A stretch of DNA of 64,000 nucleotides, from contig OX597817.1 in NCBI GenBank assembly GCA_951406725.2, positions 10,540,001-10,604,000 on the forward strand, given 5' to 3'. Position numbers and translations under genes: made by a program. Positions within the stretch are counted from its first letter, which is position 1. The number at the start of each line of letters is the position of its first letter. Source of the DNA: Octopus vulgaris (lineage: Eukaryota). The notes under the pieces were generated by a model. The model was given only the letters and a program-made list of their open reading frames with translations, had not been told where the DNA came from and made no database searches. Shown in pieces: positions 53,534-64,000 of this stretch.

Positions 53534-54068
53534 TTGAGACCCATATTGGAGTATGGGATTCAAGCCTCTTCTCCTTATCTCCTCAAAGACATACAGCATC
53601 TCGAAAGAGTCCAGAAGCTGGCTACCCGCATGGTTCATGGTCTCAAAAATTTGTCCTACGAAGAAAGGCTGAGGACGCTCGACCTTTATTCTCTTGAAAA
53701 ACGCCGCCGCCGTGGTGATCTCATTCTCGCCCACAACATCATAAGCGGAAAGTGTAACCTCTCGAAAGAGCTGTTCTTCACTCCTGCTCCAGAGCGTCGG
53801 CTGCGGGGTCATTCCGAAAAGCTCTACCTGCGACGATTTCATCTCAATCGAAGGAGAGGAGCTTTCTCCGTCCGGGTTGCGGATCCGTGGAACAAGCTGC
53901 CAGACGAGATGGTGAAGATGCCGACGACCGCTTTGTTCAAAGCCTCCCTGGACCTCAAGTGGCCTGAACTCTTTACATGAACACCACCCTGTACTTAACT
54001 CCATGTCCCCCTACATGGCCTTGCTATTTGCTTTTGAGCCAAATTAACTAACTAACTAACTAACTAAC
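53534..54068 (+). mobile_element. Young CR1-clade LINE 3' fragment (5'-truncated, open ORF2 C-terminus)
   Basis: RPILEYG...LERVQKLATRMV..L..LSYEERLRTLDLYSLEKRRRRGDLI...RGHSEKL...FSVRVADPWNKLP; (CTAA)n tail. Confidence 0.92.
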
Positions 54069-54201
54069 TGTCTAAATATGGGGTTATTTGAGAAACACAC
54101 TTCCTTTCAGTACCTGAGTTTCTGAGAGGTTCTGTGATTTTAAATACCTATTTCTTATATCAGCAAAAGACGACGAATTTAGGAATAAGAGTATTTAGAT
54201 C

Positions 54202-54623
54202 GGATCTTTTCAGTTTGAACGGCAGTTTTTTCTAGCGGTGTCATATGAAATTGTCACCCATAATTATGACCCTAGTATCGATTTATTGCATTTCAATCTG
54301 TTTTAGAGTTAGGGTTATGGGTGGGGGGAAGGGTATCTTTTTTTTCTTCACAAATGTAAATAAACCCAATCTGTTTCTTAAATGAGGGACATATTCATAC
54401 GACACAGAATGTTTTTTTTACCTCAATGGAGGTCATTGATTGGTTGAAATTGCAGAAATTAAAGAAAAAAAACCAACAAATATCTTGCAAACTATAGAAT
54501 TTTTCTCAATAAAGCCAAGAGGAAAAGATGTTTTATAAACACATTCTACCAGTATACGAAGTTTAAAATTTTTTAGTTACCTAGAAATTATGTTAAAAAC
54601 TGCCGTTCAAACTGAAAAGATCC
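54202..54623. mobile_element. MITE with ~28-bp TIRs and probable 8-bp TSD (superfamily unresolved)
   Basis: GGATCTTTTCAGTTTGAACGGCAGTTTT / AAAACTGCCGTTCAAACTGAAAAGATCC; flanks TTTAGATC and TGTAGATC. Confidence 0.85.
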
Positions 54624-54948
54624 TGTAGATCTAACAAAACTCGATATTACCCCGGTACGTTATCGAAGCCAGAGGGACGTAAAGTTGACCTTGGATTTGA
54701 ACTTAGAAAGTAAAGAACTAACTAAATACCAATGTTCCTAGCTGTTACGCAGCTTTTTACTCTTCAACCATTTAAAATATTTAACTGATTAACATCACTT
54801 CAGTAGTCAGGCGAGAACTGGTGTTTTCAAACAGATATTATCATAAGTCCAATAAGCATTGCATTGATTCATTTTATGCAAGCTATGTAAATAATCAGAG
54901 ATATTAAATTTCTAAATATCTCATAGAGATATGTACGGTGGTGGGGCG

Positions 54949-55256
54949 ATAGAATGGTTGTATACTGTCAATTTAACGTGACAGTAGGGGATTACACCAC
55001 CGCTGTTTAGCCCTAGGAAGCATCGATGCTTCCTGATGGCTTCGACAAATTTTTTCCTGTGTCCCTTTATATTTACGAAGGGGTAGGTAGATGCAGGCCT
55101 GGCTGCTGGGGGTATTTGTCTCCCCTTCGTAAATATATAAGGACACAGGAAAAAATGTGTCGAAGCCATCAGGAGGCGTCGATGCTTCCTAGGGCTAAAC
55201 AGCGGTGGTGTAATCCCCTACTGTCACGTTAAATTGACAGTATACAACCATTCTAT
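54949..55256. mobile_element. Fold-back element / MITE with ~135-bp near-perfect inverted arms
   Basis: ATAGAATGGTTGTATACTGTCAATTTAACG...ACGAAGGGG / CCCCTTCGT...CGTTAAATTGACAGTATACAACCATTCTAT. Confidence 0.9.
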
Positions 55257-55874
55257 GTAAATAATATTTAAAGGAAAACTTGAAAGTTTTTTTATGTTCG
55301 TGCCTTTCCCGGAGACTGCAGTAGTTTATATAAGTTAAAGAGTATAGAAAAATATGCAAAGTCGATACACGAAAACCTTATCATTTTCTCAACAGTGCTC
55401 TCATCTGAGACTAATTGTGCTAAATTTTAACCCATTTAGGGTAATAAATAAATTGGCAGCAACTGTGACAGTCAGATAAATAAGAAAGAAAGAAAATAGA
55501 ACTATCGGCAATAACAGATGGTAAATATTGATTTAAATTTTCTTTTATACAGATATTTTCCCTTTTATTTGTTGCAGTTTTATATCAATATTTGTCAATC
55601 GATAAATCATTCAATGTTCAGTGGGCGGAGAGTTGACAGAAATGGAAAAGAAGGGGATTAAATTTTTTTATAATATGAAGTTAATAGCATTCCTCTACAC
55701 TTAAATTACACAACTTTTGAAATAGCCTTTCATTTTGTCATTGTCATTGAAATAAATACCAGTTCCATCGAATATTCCTTCCCGCACAGATTATCGCCTG
55801 ACTCTCAAACGACGGGAATATTTTGTTTATCAAATATCTTCCTGTTCTATATTCAAGAGATGGGGAATTTTATG

Positions 55875-56013
55875 CATTATTTACATTTGACAGATATTTA
55901 TCCTCATCTTGTTTGTTGTTAACACAACGTTTCGGCTGATATACCCTCCAGCCTTCTTCAGGTATCTTAGGGAAATTTCGAACCTGGGTTCTCCTTCCTA
56001 AGGTATTTTTCGA

Positions 56014-56047
<34 letters not shown>

Positions 56048-56359
56048 ATTATTATTATTATTATTATTCAGGTCACTGCTTGGAATCGAACTCGGAATCT
56101 TAACTACTACGCCATATGTCCGTGGGCATCTGGCATAGTGGTTGAGGGCGCGGGCTACTAACCCCAAGATTCCGAGTTCGATTCCAAGAAGTGACCTGAA
56201 TAATAATAATAATAATAACATCGAAAAATACCTTAGGAATGAGAACCCAGGTTCGAAATTTCCCCAAGATACTTAATGAAGGCTGGAGGGTATATCAGCC
56301 GAAACGTTGTGTTAACAACAAATAAGATGAGGACAAATATCCGTCAAATGTAAATAATG
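55875..56359. mobile_element. Palindromic element: divergent tRNA-like heads, (AAT/AAC)n, hammerhead-like motif in each arm
   Basis: Arms mirror around ~56122. A-box TGGCATAGTGG, B-box GAGTTCGATTCC; CTGAAGA-A-GGCTG..CAGCC-GAAAC on the minus strand at ~55928-55961, decayed mirror at ~56272-56305. Confidence 0.8.
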
Positions 56360-56632
56360 TAAATATTTTCCCACACTGTAACTCATGAGACCTGACTTAT
56401 GTATGCAATTGTCTTAGTAAATTAATCTTAAATCATGTGAGTGTTGTCATTGACCTATTAAAAGATCTTCCGTTTCTTCTATCATAGGATACTCAAGATT
56501 CCGACTTCCTAAACCGTTAACCAAGCTAGATATGGAAGTATATCACGTTGTAGTTTAGTGATTGTGACTCTATTGTGAATACCAGGACCTCATTCGTGAT
56601 AAACGAGTCAGACAACTTGATTAAATGAAATC

Positions 56633-57045
56633 ACAAGTTAAGGCGTACGATCAAGGTTGAGGAGCGGGTGTGGGCATGTTGGGGGCGTGTGGTGTTATAA
56701 ACCAGGCTGTGTTGTAGGGAAGGATCGGAAGTGAGAGAGTAGGCATGTCCTATCGGAATTGGGGCCTGTGGTTCTACCGAAAGGGCCACGGTGGGCATGT
56801 GGGGTCAGTGAAGCGCGAAGACGCAGTTGGCGGCGAACAGCGCATCAGAGCAGACGTGCGTCAGACTGTACGGTGACGGATAGCGCACGTGGACGTTGAG
56901 TGAATCTTGCAGATCGAGACAGAGCACGTGGTCGTTGAAAGTGACCCCTTTTTCCGGACCGACAGATAAGACTATCGCAATTCTCTCTTCGCTTCCATCC
57001 TTTTTCTTCCTTTACATCACATAGGACATATTCGTTTATCAACCA
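56633..57045 (+). mobile_element. Second copy of the LTR plus ~36 bp of upstream internal sequence
   Basis: Closely matches 48798-49208; TGTGGG at 56669, ends ...CAACCA. Confidence 0.85.
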
Positions 57046-57732
57046 TTTTAGTTTTCATTTAATTCACGTAAATGTTACTTGGATTTTCCCAGATTAGAGA
57101 TATCTATTTCACATAAGTGGCCTTTAAAAGTGGTCACCCGATTCGAACGACTTCGTCTCTCCAACAGCTCCATGTGAATATAACTCTTATCTAACTTTTC
57201 AGTGTGATTTTCGCAAATTAGACAGCTAGTGGTAGATCCTTTCAAATAACTGAGAAACCCCTCGGTCAAAATACCTTGTTATTTCGTGCAAACGAACTGC
57301 AATGTTCTCGTGGTTCTGGAGAGGTCATAGGAAGTAAAATGTATCTGTTTTTATTAATGAAACACATAAAGCAGCTCAGAACTAAGAACTAACAAAGCTC
57401 TCCTCAATTATCTCGCATGATATTTCTTTACAGCCAGAATTATTTGAGTTAAGATATATTTTCCAATAAATCCGCATTGAAACTAATGAGATATACTCAT
57501 TCGTTGGAAGTCATTGGATGAAGAAGGAGAAACCATATTAAGTGACAACTCTCTCAATCTCTCCCTCTCAATCTCTCTCTCTCTCTCTCTCTCTCAAACT
57601 CACTCACACTCTCTATCACTCTCTGTCTGTCTCTCTCTCTCTCTCCCTCACATACATACATTTATACACAAGTATGAATATATATATATGTGTGTTTGTG
57701 TTCAAAGTTTATATAAAAACAATCTAGCATTA

Positions 57733-58009
57733 TTAAATCTCAGAAGCGAGATGTAAACAGTAACCGCTCGACAATGTAAAGTATAAAAGCCATCTCAATA
57801 TGGCTAACCACAAAGTGGGGTGTTACTGTAGCTTTTTAGCCCCAGGAGATCATCGTCTCCAGCTGGCTTTAGACACACTTTGCAAATACTTCAAGGGCAC
57901 AGAAAGTGTGTCTAAAGCCAGCTGGAGACGATGATCTCCGGGGGCTAAAAAGCTACAGTAACACCCCCACTTTGTGGTTAGCCATATTGAGATGGCTTTT
58001 ATACTTTAC
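57733..58009 (-). mobile_element. Fold-back element with a non-palindromic (TAA)-tailed extension and 14-bp TSD
   Basis: Palindrome 57775-58010; ACAATCTAGCATTA at 57719-57732 and 58010-58023. Confidence 0.8.
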
Positions 58010-58315
58010 ACAATCTAGCATTAAACTGAAGAATCACTCAATACTTTTATAGTAGAGTATATATTCATTAATTTTTATAACAAAAAAGTTGATAGTAACT
58101 ACGAAGTTTCGGCTTACCAACCGTCTTTCAGTGAGTTTGATGACGGCTAATAAGCCAAAGAAACTGAAGATGGTCTGCGTCGACAAAAATCGGTTTATCA
58201 CTTCGTAAAATATAAGAAAACTAGGGCTAAAACTGAAGTTGAGAGACTGATTTGGTGGGGAAATGGGTCACTAGTAAGAAAGGGGAATGCAAGGAATCAA
58301 ATTTTCAATAGACAA

Positions 58316-58731
58316 TAGGCACAGGAGTGGCTGTGTGGTAAGTAGCTTGCTAACCAACCACATGGTTCCGGGTTCAGTCCCACTGCGTGACATCTTGGGC
58401 AAGTGTCTTCTACTATAGCTTCAGGCCGACCAAAGCCTTGTGAGTGGATTCGGTAGACGGAAACTCAAAGAAGCCTGTCGTATATATGCATATGTATATG
58501 AGTGTGTGTATGTTTGTGTGTCTGTGTTTGTCCTCCCCACCCCACCAACATCGCTTGACAACCGATGTTGGTGTGTTTATGTCCCCGTCACATAGCGGTT
58601 CGGCAAAAGAGACCGATAGAATAAGTACTAGGCTTACAAAGAATAAGTCCCGGAGTCGATTTGTTCGACTAAAGGCGGTGGTCCAACATGGCCGCAGTCA
58701 AATGACTGAAACAAGTAAAAGAGTAAAAGAG
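58316..58731 (+). mobile_element. SINE family A
   Basis: Full-length family match. Confidence 0.9.
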
Positions 58732-59052
58732 ACACATCACCTGCCCAAATAAACTTACCAACAATCTACTGCGAATACAGCAATGCACGAATATAGTTCC
58801 GATTTTAGACTTGGTGAGGTTCTAAGCTTGGCGGTCCTCCATTTAAAAAAAAAATTTCAACAGTAGCAGTAGCACAGCTGGGGATTAGGGGGTATGCTGC
58901 CCCAGGTGATGCTTTTATAGGGACGGCACTTTTTGGGCTGCTGGAGAAACCTATATAGGCTTATGGGCCCGGGAGTGGAGCGGTAAACCCTAGAGCTTCC
59001 GCGGACAGCGCACACACTTGCTTTTCCACTGACAAACAGTCTCACGGTATTA

Positions 59053-59472
59053 AAAGGCGGCGAGCTGACAGAAACGTTAGCACGCCGGGCGTAATGCTTA
59101 GCGGTATTTCGTCTGCCGATACGTTCTGAGTTCAAATTCCGCCGAGGTCCACTTTGCCGTTCATCCTTTCGGGGTCGATAAATTAAGTACCAGTTACGCA
59201 CTGGGGTCGATGTAATCGACTTAATACCTATGTCTGTCCTTGTTTGTCCCCTCTATGTTTAGCCCCTTGTGGGTAATAAAGAAATAGGTATTTCGTCTCC
59301 CGATACGTTCTGAGTTCAAATTCTGCCGAGGTCGACTTTGCCTTTCATCCTTTCGGGGTCGATAAATTGAGTACCAGTTACGCACTGGGGTCGATGTAAT
59401 CGACTTAATCCGTTTACCTGTCCTTGTTCGTCCCCTCTATGTTTAGCCCCTTGTGGGTAGTAAAGAAATAGG
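59053..59472 (+). mobile_element. SINE family B dimer within a single TSD
   Basis: Full copy plus truncated copy joined at GAAATAGGTATTTCGTCT (~59281-59298); GGTATTAAAA flanks both ends. Confidence 0.88.
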
Positions 59473-60289
59473 TATTAAAATCATGTCTTCTCACTATTCT
59501 GAAGTTTCTGCGGATTGCGAGGCTCTAAGCTGTAGCTTGTTTAGTTTACGCTTAAACCAATATTCACCTCTCTTGAATGTTTTAGCAAGCAGAGCCGAGA
59601 GGTTGAGAGGCGACTTCAAATAATTACGTTATGTGTAAATATTTTGGATTATTATTGTCATTATTATATTGCCTATATGTGCAATGTTCTGTTTTATGGA
59701 TTATTTCTAGAATGAAACAATCTATGCAACGTCACTGATCATCAATAACGAACAAAAATTATATTCGTAGTTTATTCTCTGACCCGTACCAGTCTATTAT
59801 AATAACATCCCTATAGAGGCGGTTGTTATTACACAACAGAACAGCAAATAAATCTCTAGACTCGTGCCAAATGTTTCACAGAAATATCAATCTATCGATA
59901 AATTATTTTCTTTCACCAACTAACAAACCACTCTCTGTCTTTTGTTTTGTTTTTGTTTGTTTTGCCTTTTTTTTTTTTGGTTTTTCTTTCTTTTATTCTT
60001 TTCTATAAATACTCTTCCAAGAAAACCACAGTATTTAAAATATAAGCTTCATGAGCAGAGGAGTTCAGTGTTTCTCATAATGGTGGTGGTGGTGGTGGTG
60101 GTGGTGGTGGTGGTGGTGGTGGTGGTGGGGAGGTGGGTGTGATGAGGGACAAGTGTGGGGTTGGTTTTGGGGGACAGACAAATAGCCATATTTAATAAAA
60201 TTAGGTTTTTAAACTTTTTGAATTCGTCCACCACCAAAGACAAGAAGAATTATATGGATGCAATTTCAATTTTTGAATTCTCTGTAATA

Positions 60290-60686
60290 TCTTTACATAT
60301 AAAAGTGAGGTTGTGTGCTGTCTGTCTCCTACGATTTAGATTCCTAACTACTCCCACATTTTGCGGTGCAGTTTAACCAAAACCAGGTATCTTATAGTCG
60401 TGATTCATATCGAGCCCTTCTGGGTATTAGCGCGCATCTACGATGAGTCTGCGATTTTAAAAAAGATTTACCATCATTTTTTCCCATTTTTAATGCATTT
60501 TTGGCATATATAAGGGAAGTAACTCTCTAAAAATTTATTATTAAATCTCAGAACGTAAAAAGCTACAGTAATACCCCCACCTTTGTGGTTAGCCATATTG
60601 AGATGGCTATTATACTTTACATCTCTAAAAATGCTTATATAGTTATTTCCCTTACAAACCCGAGCAACGCCGGGCGATACTGCTAG
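60290..60686 (+). mobile_element. Non-autonomous Helitron, copy 3
   Basis: A|TC...hairpin...CTAG|T; carries the same insert as copy 1. Confidence 0.88.
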
Positions 60687-60900
60687 TATGATATAAATTG
60701 GACATGGGCGATCTTTGTAGTCTTTCTTGTAATATATAAGGAGAATCTGTGAGCGAGAAGTCCGGAGATGGTTTGGATTTGTCATCTGAGACCCATTGCA
60801 ATTGTTGATGTTTCGCATCACACTGCAAGCAATGAGTCAGATGTTAAAGATACAGTTCAAGTATATGTGAAAGGTGGGGAGTAATGTGTGTGTGTGTGTG

Positions 60901-60967
<67 letters not shown>

Positions 60968-61119
60968 TGCGCGCGCAAGTGTGTGGGTCTCATAAAGAGT
61001 ATATTGTATGCAGAAGCCTTGAACTTACGTACAAGAACACACACATTGGATACGAATTCATATTAAAGTGTTCGCGAATAATCAACCTCTCCGAATAATA
61101 CTACGTACACTAATATATA

Positions 61120-61311
61120 TAGGGAGAGCTTACGAAAAAAAAAAAAGCGGAGACAGGTGGTGTACAAAACAAACAAATGTATTAGTATAGCGCTCAGGAA
61201 TAGAAAGAGTCTTTTATGTTTCGAGCCTACGCTCTTCTACAGAAAGGGACACAGAAAAAACAAGGAGAGAAAAAAAGGAGAGAGAAAAAGGAGCGAAAAA
61301 GGAAGCTTTAA

Positions 61312-61312
<1 letters not shown>
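61120..61312 (-). mobile_element. Short (TA)n-flanked element with a hammerhead-like motif
   Basis: CTTT-CTGTAGA-A-GAGC-GTAG-GCTC-GAAAC-ATA-AAAG on the minus strand at ~61211-61246. Confidence 0.55.
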
Positions 61313-61376
<64 letters not shown>

Positions 61377-61633
61377 ATTATATTTATTTTTAAATTAATT
61401 TTATGTATTGTATTTTTCTGTTCTTATGTATGTATGTATATGAATATGTATGTATGTATATGTGTGTGTGCGTGTGTGTATGTATGTATATATGTATGTA
61501 TATGTGTGTGTGCGTGTGTGTATGTATGTATATATGTATGTATATGTGTGTGTGCGTGTGTGTATGTGTGTATGTATGTATGTATGTATGCATGCATTTA
61601 TGTATGTATGCCTGTATGTATGTATTATGTATG

Positions 61634-63218
61634 TATGCAGTAAAGGCAAAAGTTATCCGCACTTTCGCCATAACATATCTTTATTATTGTCACATTGCCT
61701 TCTGCGCATGCGTGCTTAGAGTATGATACTATTGTGGTCACGCGATCGAAGCATTCTTTCTGCTTTTACACTGGAAGCATGGCCGTTCCACTCGCAATGT
61801 GCACCAAAGAACAACAGAGAGCAGTGATCCGATTTCTCTGGTTGGAAGGTGTGTCAAGTACTGAAATTCATTGGAGGCTTTTAGCACAATACGGGGACAG
61901 TGCGCCACCGCGTACAAGTGTGTACGAGTGAATTGAGAAGTTTAAAAGTAGCCGGTCAAGCGTGACGCATGAAGAGGGAGCAAAACACACGTCAATCTCC
62001 ACCACTAACGAGAAGATTCAGCAAACTCGAGAGATGATTATGGTGAACCGACGAGTGATCGTCGATGAGGTAGCGCGTTCTCTACAGATGAGTCATGGTT
62101 CTGCCAATCAAATCATCCACGATGAGCTCGGCTTCCATAAAGTCTGTGCAAGATGGGTGCCAAGGGAGCTTACTGCAGAGCACAAGCGCCAAACGTCTTG
62201 AGGTCTGCTAACATATTTACTCGATCGCTACAATTATGAGGACGAGGAATTTTTTAGCAGAATAGCCACAGGAGATGACACATGGGTCCATCAATATGAG
62301 ACAGAATATGGAAGGAAAGCTTCCTGGCTCGCCGGCGACGAAGAAATTCAAGACTAAGCCTTCCGTGGGAAAGGTGATGCACACATATACACATTTATAC
62401 TAGTGTATAAATGTGTGTGAGAGGGAGAGAGACAGACAGACAGACAGAGAGTGAGAATGAGATTGAGAGGTAGAGAGAGAGAGAGTTGTCACTTAATATG
62501 GTTTCTCCTTCTTCATTCAATGACTTCCAACGAACGAGTATATCTCATTAGTTTCAATGCCGATTTCTTGGAAAATATATCTTAACTCAAAAGGGCCTAT
62601 ACTAGAAGACTACCTGGAAAAAGGGTGTACGATCAACGGTGCTTTGGCCAACAAACTGAAGTCAGAAAGTTTTGTTGTTGTATAACAATACACACCAACA
62701 CATGGCCGCTCAGACCGTTAAAACCTTTAATCAATTGGGTTTTGAGGTGCTGGAACACCCTACCAACAGCTCAGACCTTTCCCCTGTGGGATGACGTCAG
62801 CAGCTGGGGAGCAGACCGGAACTTGGGGCTGACCGGAAGAGGAAGGGCGCAAGAGTGACGCGCGCGCAGGCAGGGTAGCATTGGGTCTTTTCGATCGGGG
62901 TAGCCGACTGGGCTGGACGTGTGAGCGCTTCGACAAGACATTCCCCTTCCAACTATCATATCTTTGGACCACTCAAAGATCGTTTACGAGGTCGTCGATT
63001 TCCTACGGATGAAGATGTGATGGAAGCGGTGCATAAATGGTTGCACGGCCAACCGAAAACACTTCTTGGAGGGGCCACGCAAGTTTGTGGACCACTGGAC
63101 CAAGTGCATCGAAAAGGAAGGAGACTGTATAGAAAAATGATGTACTTGTTTGTCCCCTTCTTTTGTGTAAATACATTGAAAAAACAAGAGTGCATATAAT
63201 TTTTGACTCTCACTCGGA
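61634..63218 (+). mobile_element. Mariner transposon relic (transposase pseudogene with two insertions)
   Basis: EQQRAVIRFL, KVCARWVPREL, IATGDDTWVHQYE, GKVM, KGPILEDYLEKG, split SDLSPSNYHIFGPLKDRLRGRRF; degenerate TIRs CAAAAGTTATCCGCAC / GTGCATATAATTTTTG. Confidence 0.9.
62785..62940. mobile_element. 156-bp GC-rich TG...CA insertion (probable solo LTR) with 6-bp TSD
   Basis: TTCCCC at 62779-62784 and 62941-62946; interrupts the mariner YSPDL-type motif. Confidence 0.8.
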
Positions 63219-64000
63219 TATATGTATAGTGAGAGAGAGACGTCCCTAAGGTGACTAAGGGTATTAGTCAGCACCAGTATTGCTAGAAATAAGAGTTGTT
63301 CTGACTTTTATTTCTAGCAATAGTGGAGCTGACTATTACTGTTAGTAATTTTGTATGCTTATATTTCTATAATAAGTGTGATTTGCTTGTCTATATAGTT
63401 GCATACGGGTGTCACGCGTGTATGCGTATGTAGAGGTTGGTGGGAGCACACACACACACACACACACGCACACACATACACACACACACACACACACGCA
63501 CACACACACACACACAAATATGAATGAGTTGATATTTGTCTGCCAATTTGCGAAAGTATTTGTGCATATGTGTGTGTTTGCACATAGATATATAGATATA
63601 GATGTGTGTATATACGTATATGCACATATATATGCATATATACACACACACATGCACACACCTATACACACACATATACATACATACATACATACATACA
63701 TACATACATACATACATACATACATACATACATACATACATACATACATACATACGTACATACATACGCGCACACATACGAGTATCACCAAATCAAATTA
63801 CAGAAAGACGCAGTTGACCTTCACGTTGAGAAAATTCTTAACAAAAAATCGTCATCAAAGACTTTAGCTTCTGCTATTCTTAGTCCACGTCTCCACCATC
63901 GAAAAATGCTAATTTTAGAACTAAAACAAATTCTAGTCACTTTAAACTTGTCAACAGAATTAAGGTCAGAGAAAGTTCAAAACGATAATACCACATATAG

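Noticed and set aside
54300-54322. TTAGAGTTAGGGTTATGGG telomere-like repeat
   Set aside because: Only three degenerate units inside a MITE; not an interstitial telomeric array.
58098-58190. Cluster of CTGAAAGA..CCGAAAC / CTGAAGA motifs
   Set aside because: Stems I and III cannot be formed consistently; too degenerate to call a hammerhead.

Overview
AT-rich, microsatellite-saturated eukaryotic DNA. The SINE, RTE, Penelope and Helitron repertoire resembles an octopus (coleoid cephalopod) genome; this is judged from recalled repeat families, not a database search. I found no intact protein-coding gene, and almost every ORF in the track is a translation of (TA)n, (CA)n, (AAT)n, (GATA)n or SINE sequence. 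The window holds four tRNA-derived SINE families (over 25 copies), RTE and CR1 LINE 3' fragments, two Penelope-like element (PLE) relics, two mariner relics, an LTR-retrotransposon relic plus a second LTR copy, three non-autonomous Helitrons and several MITEs. A ~6 kb near-identical tandem duplication around a 100-N gap is probably an assembly artefact. Four signals stand out. (1) A recurring set of short, often palindromic, mostly (TA)n-embedded elements carries PLE-type hammerhead-ribozyme-like motifs; one has a tRNA-like Pol III head, and in another the two arms jointly rebuild a complete type-I hammerhead. (2) A fold-back element appears to move by retroposition. (3) SINE multimers have recurrent microhomology junctions. 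(4) CpG content switches from depleted to retained near 42.5-43.2 kb, suggesting a promoter for an unrecognised minus-strand transcript.
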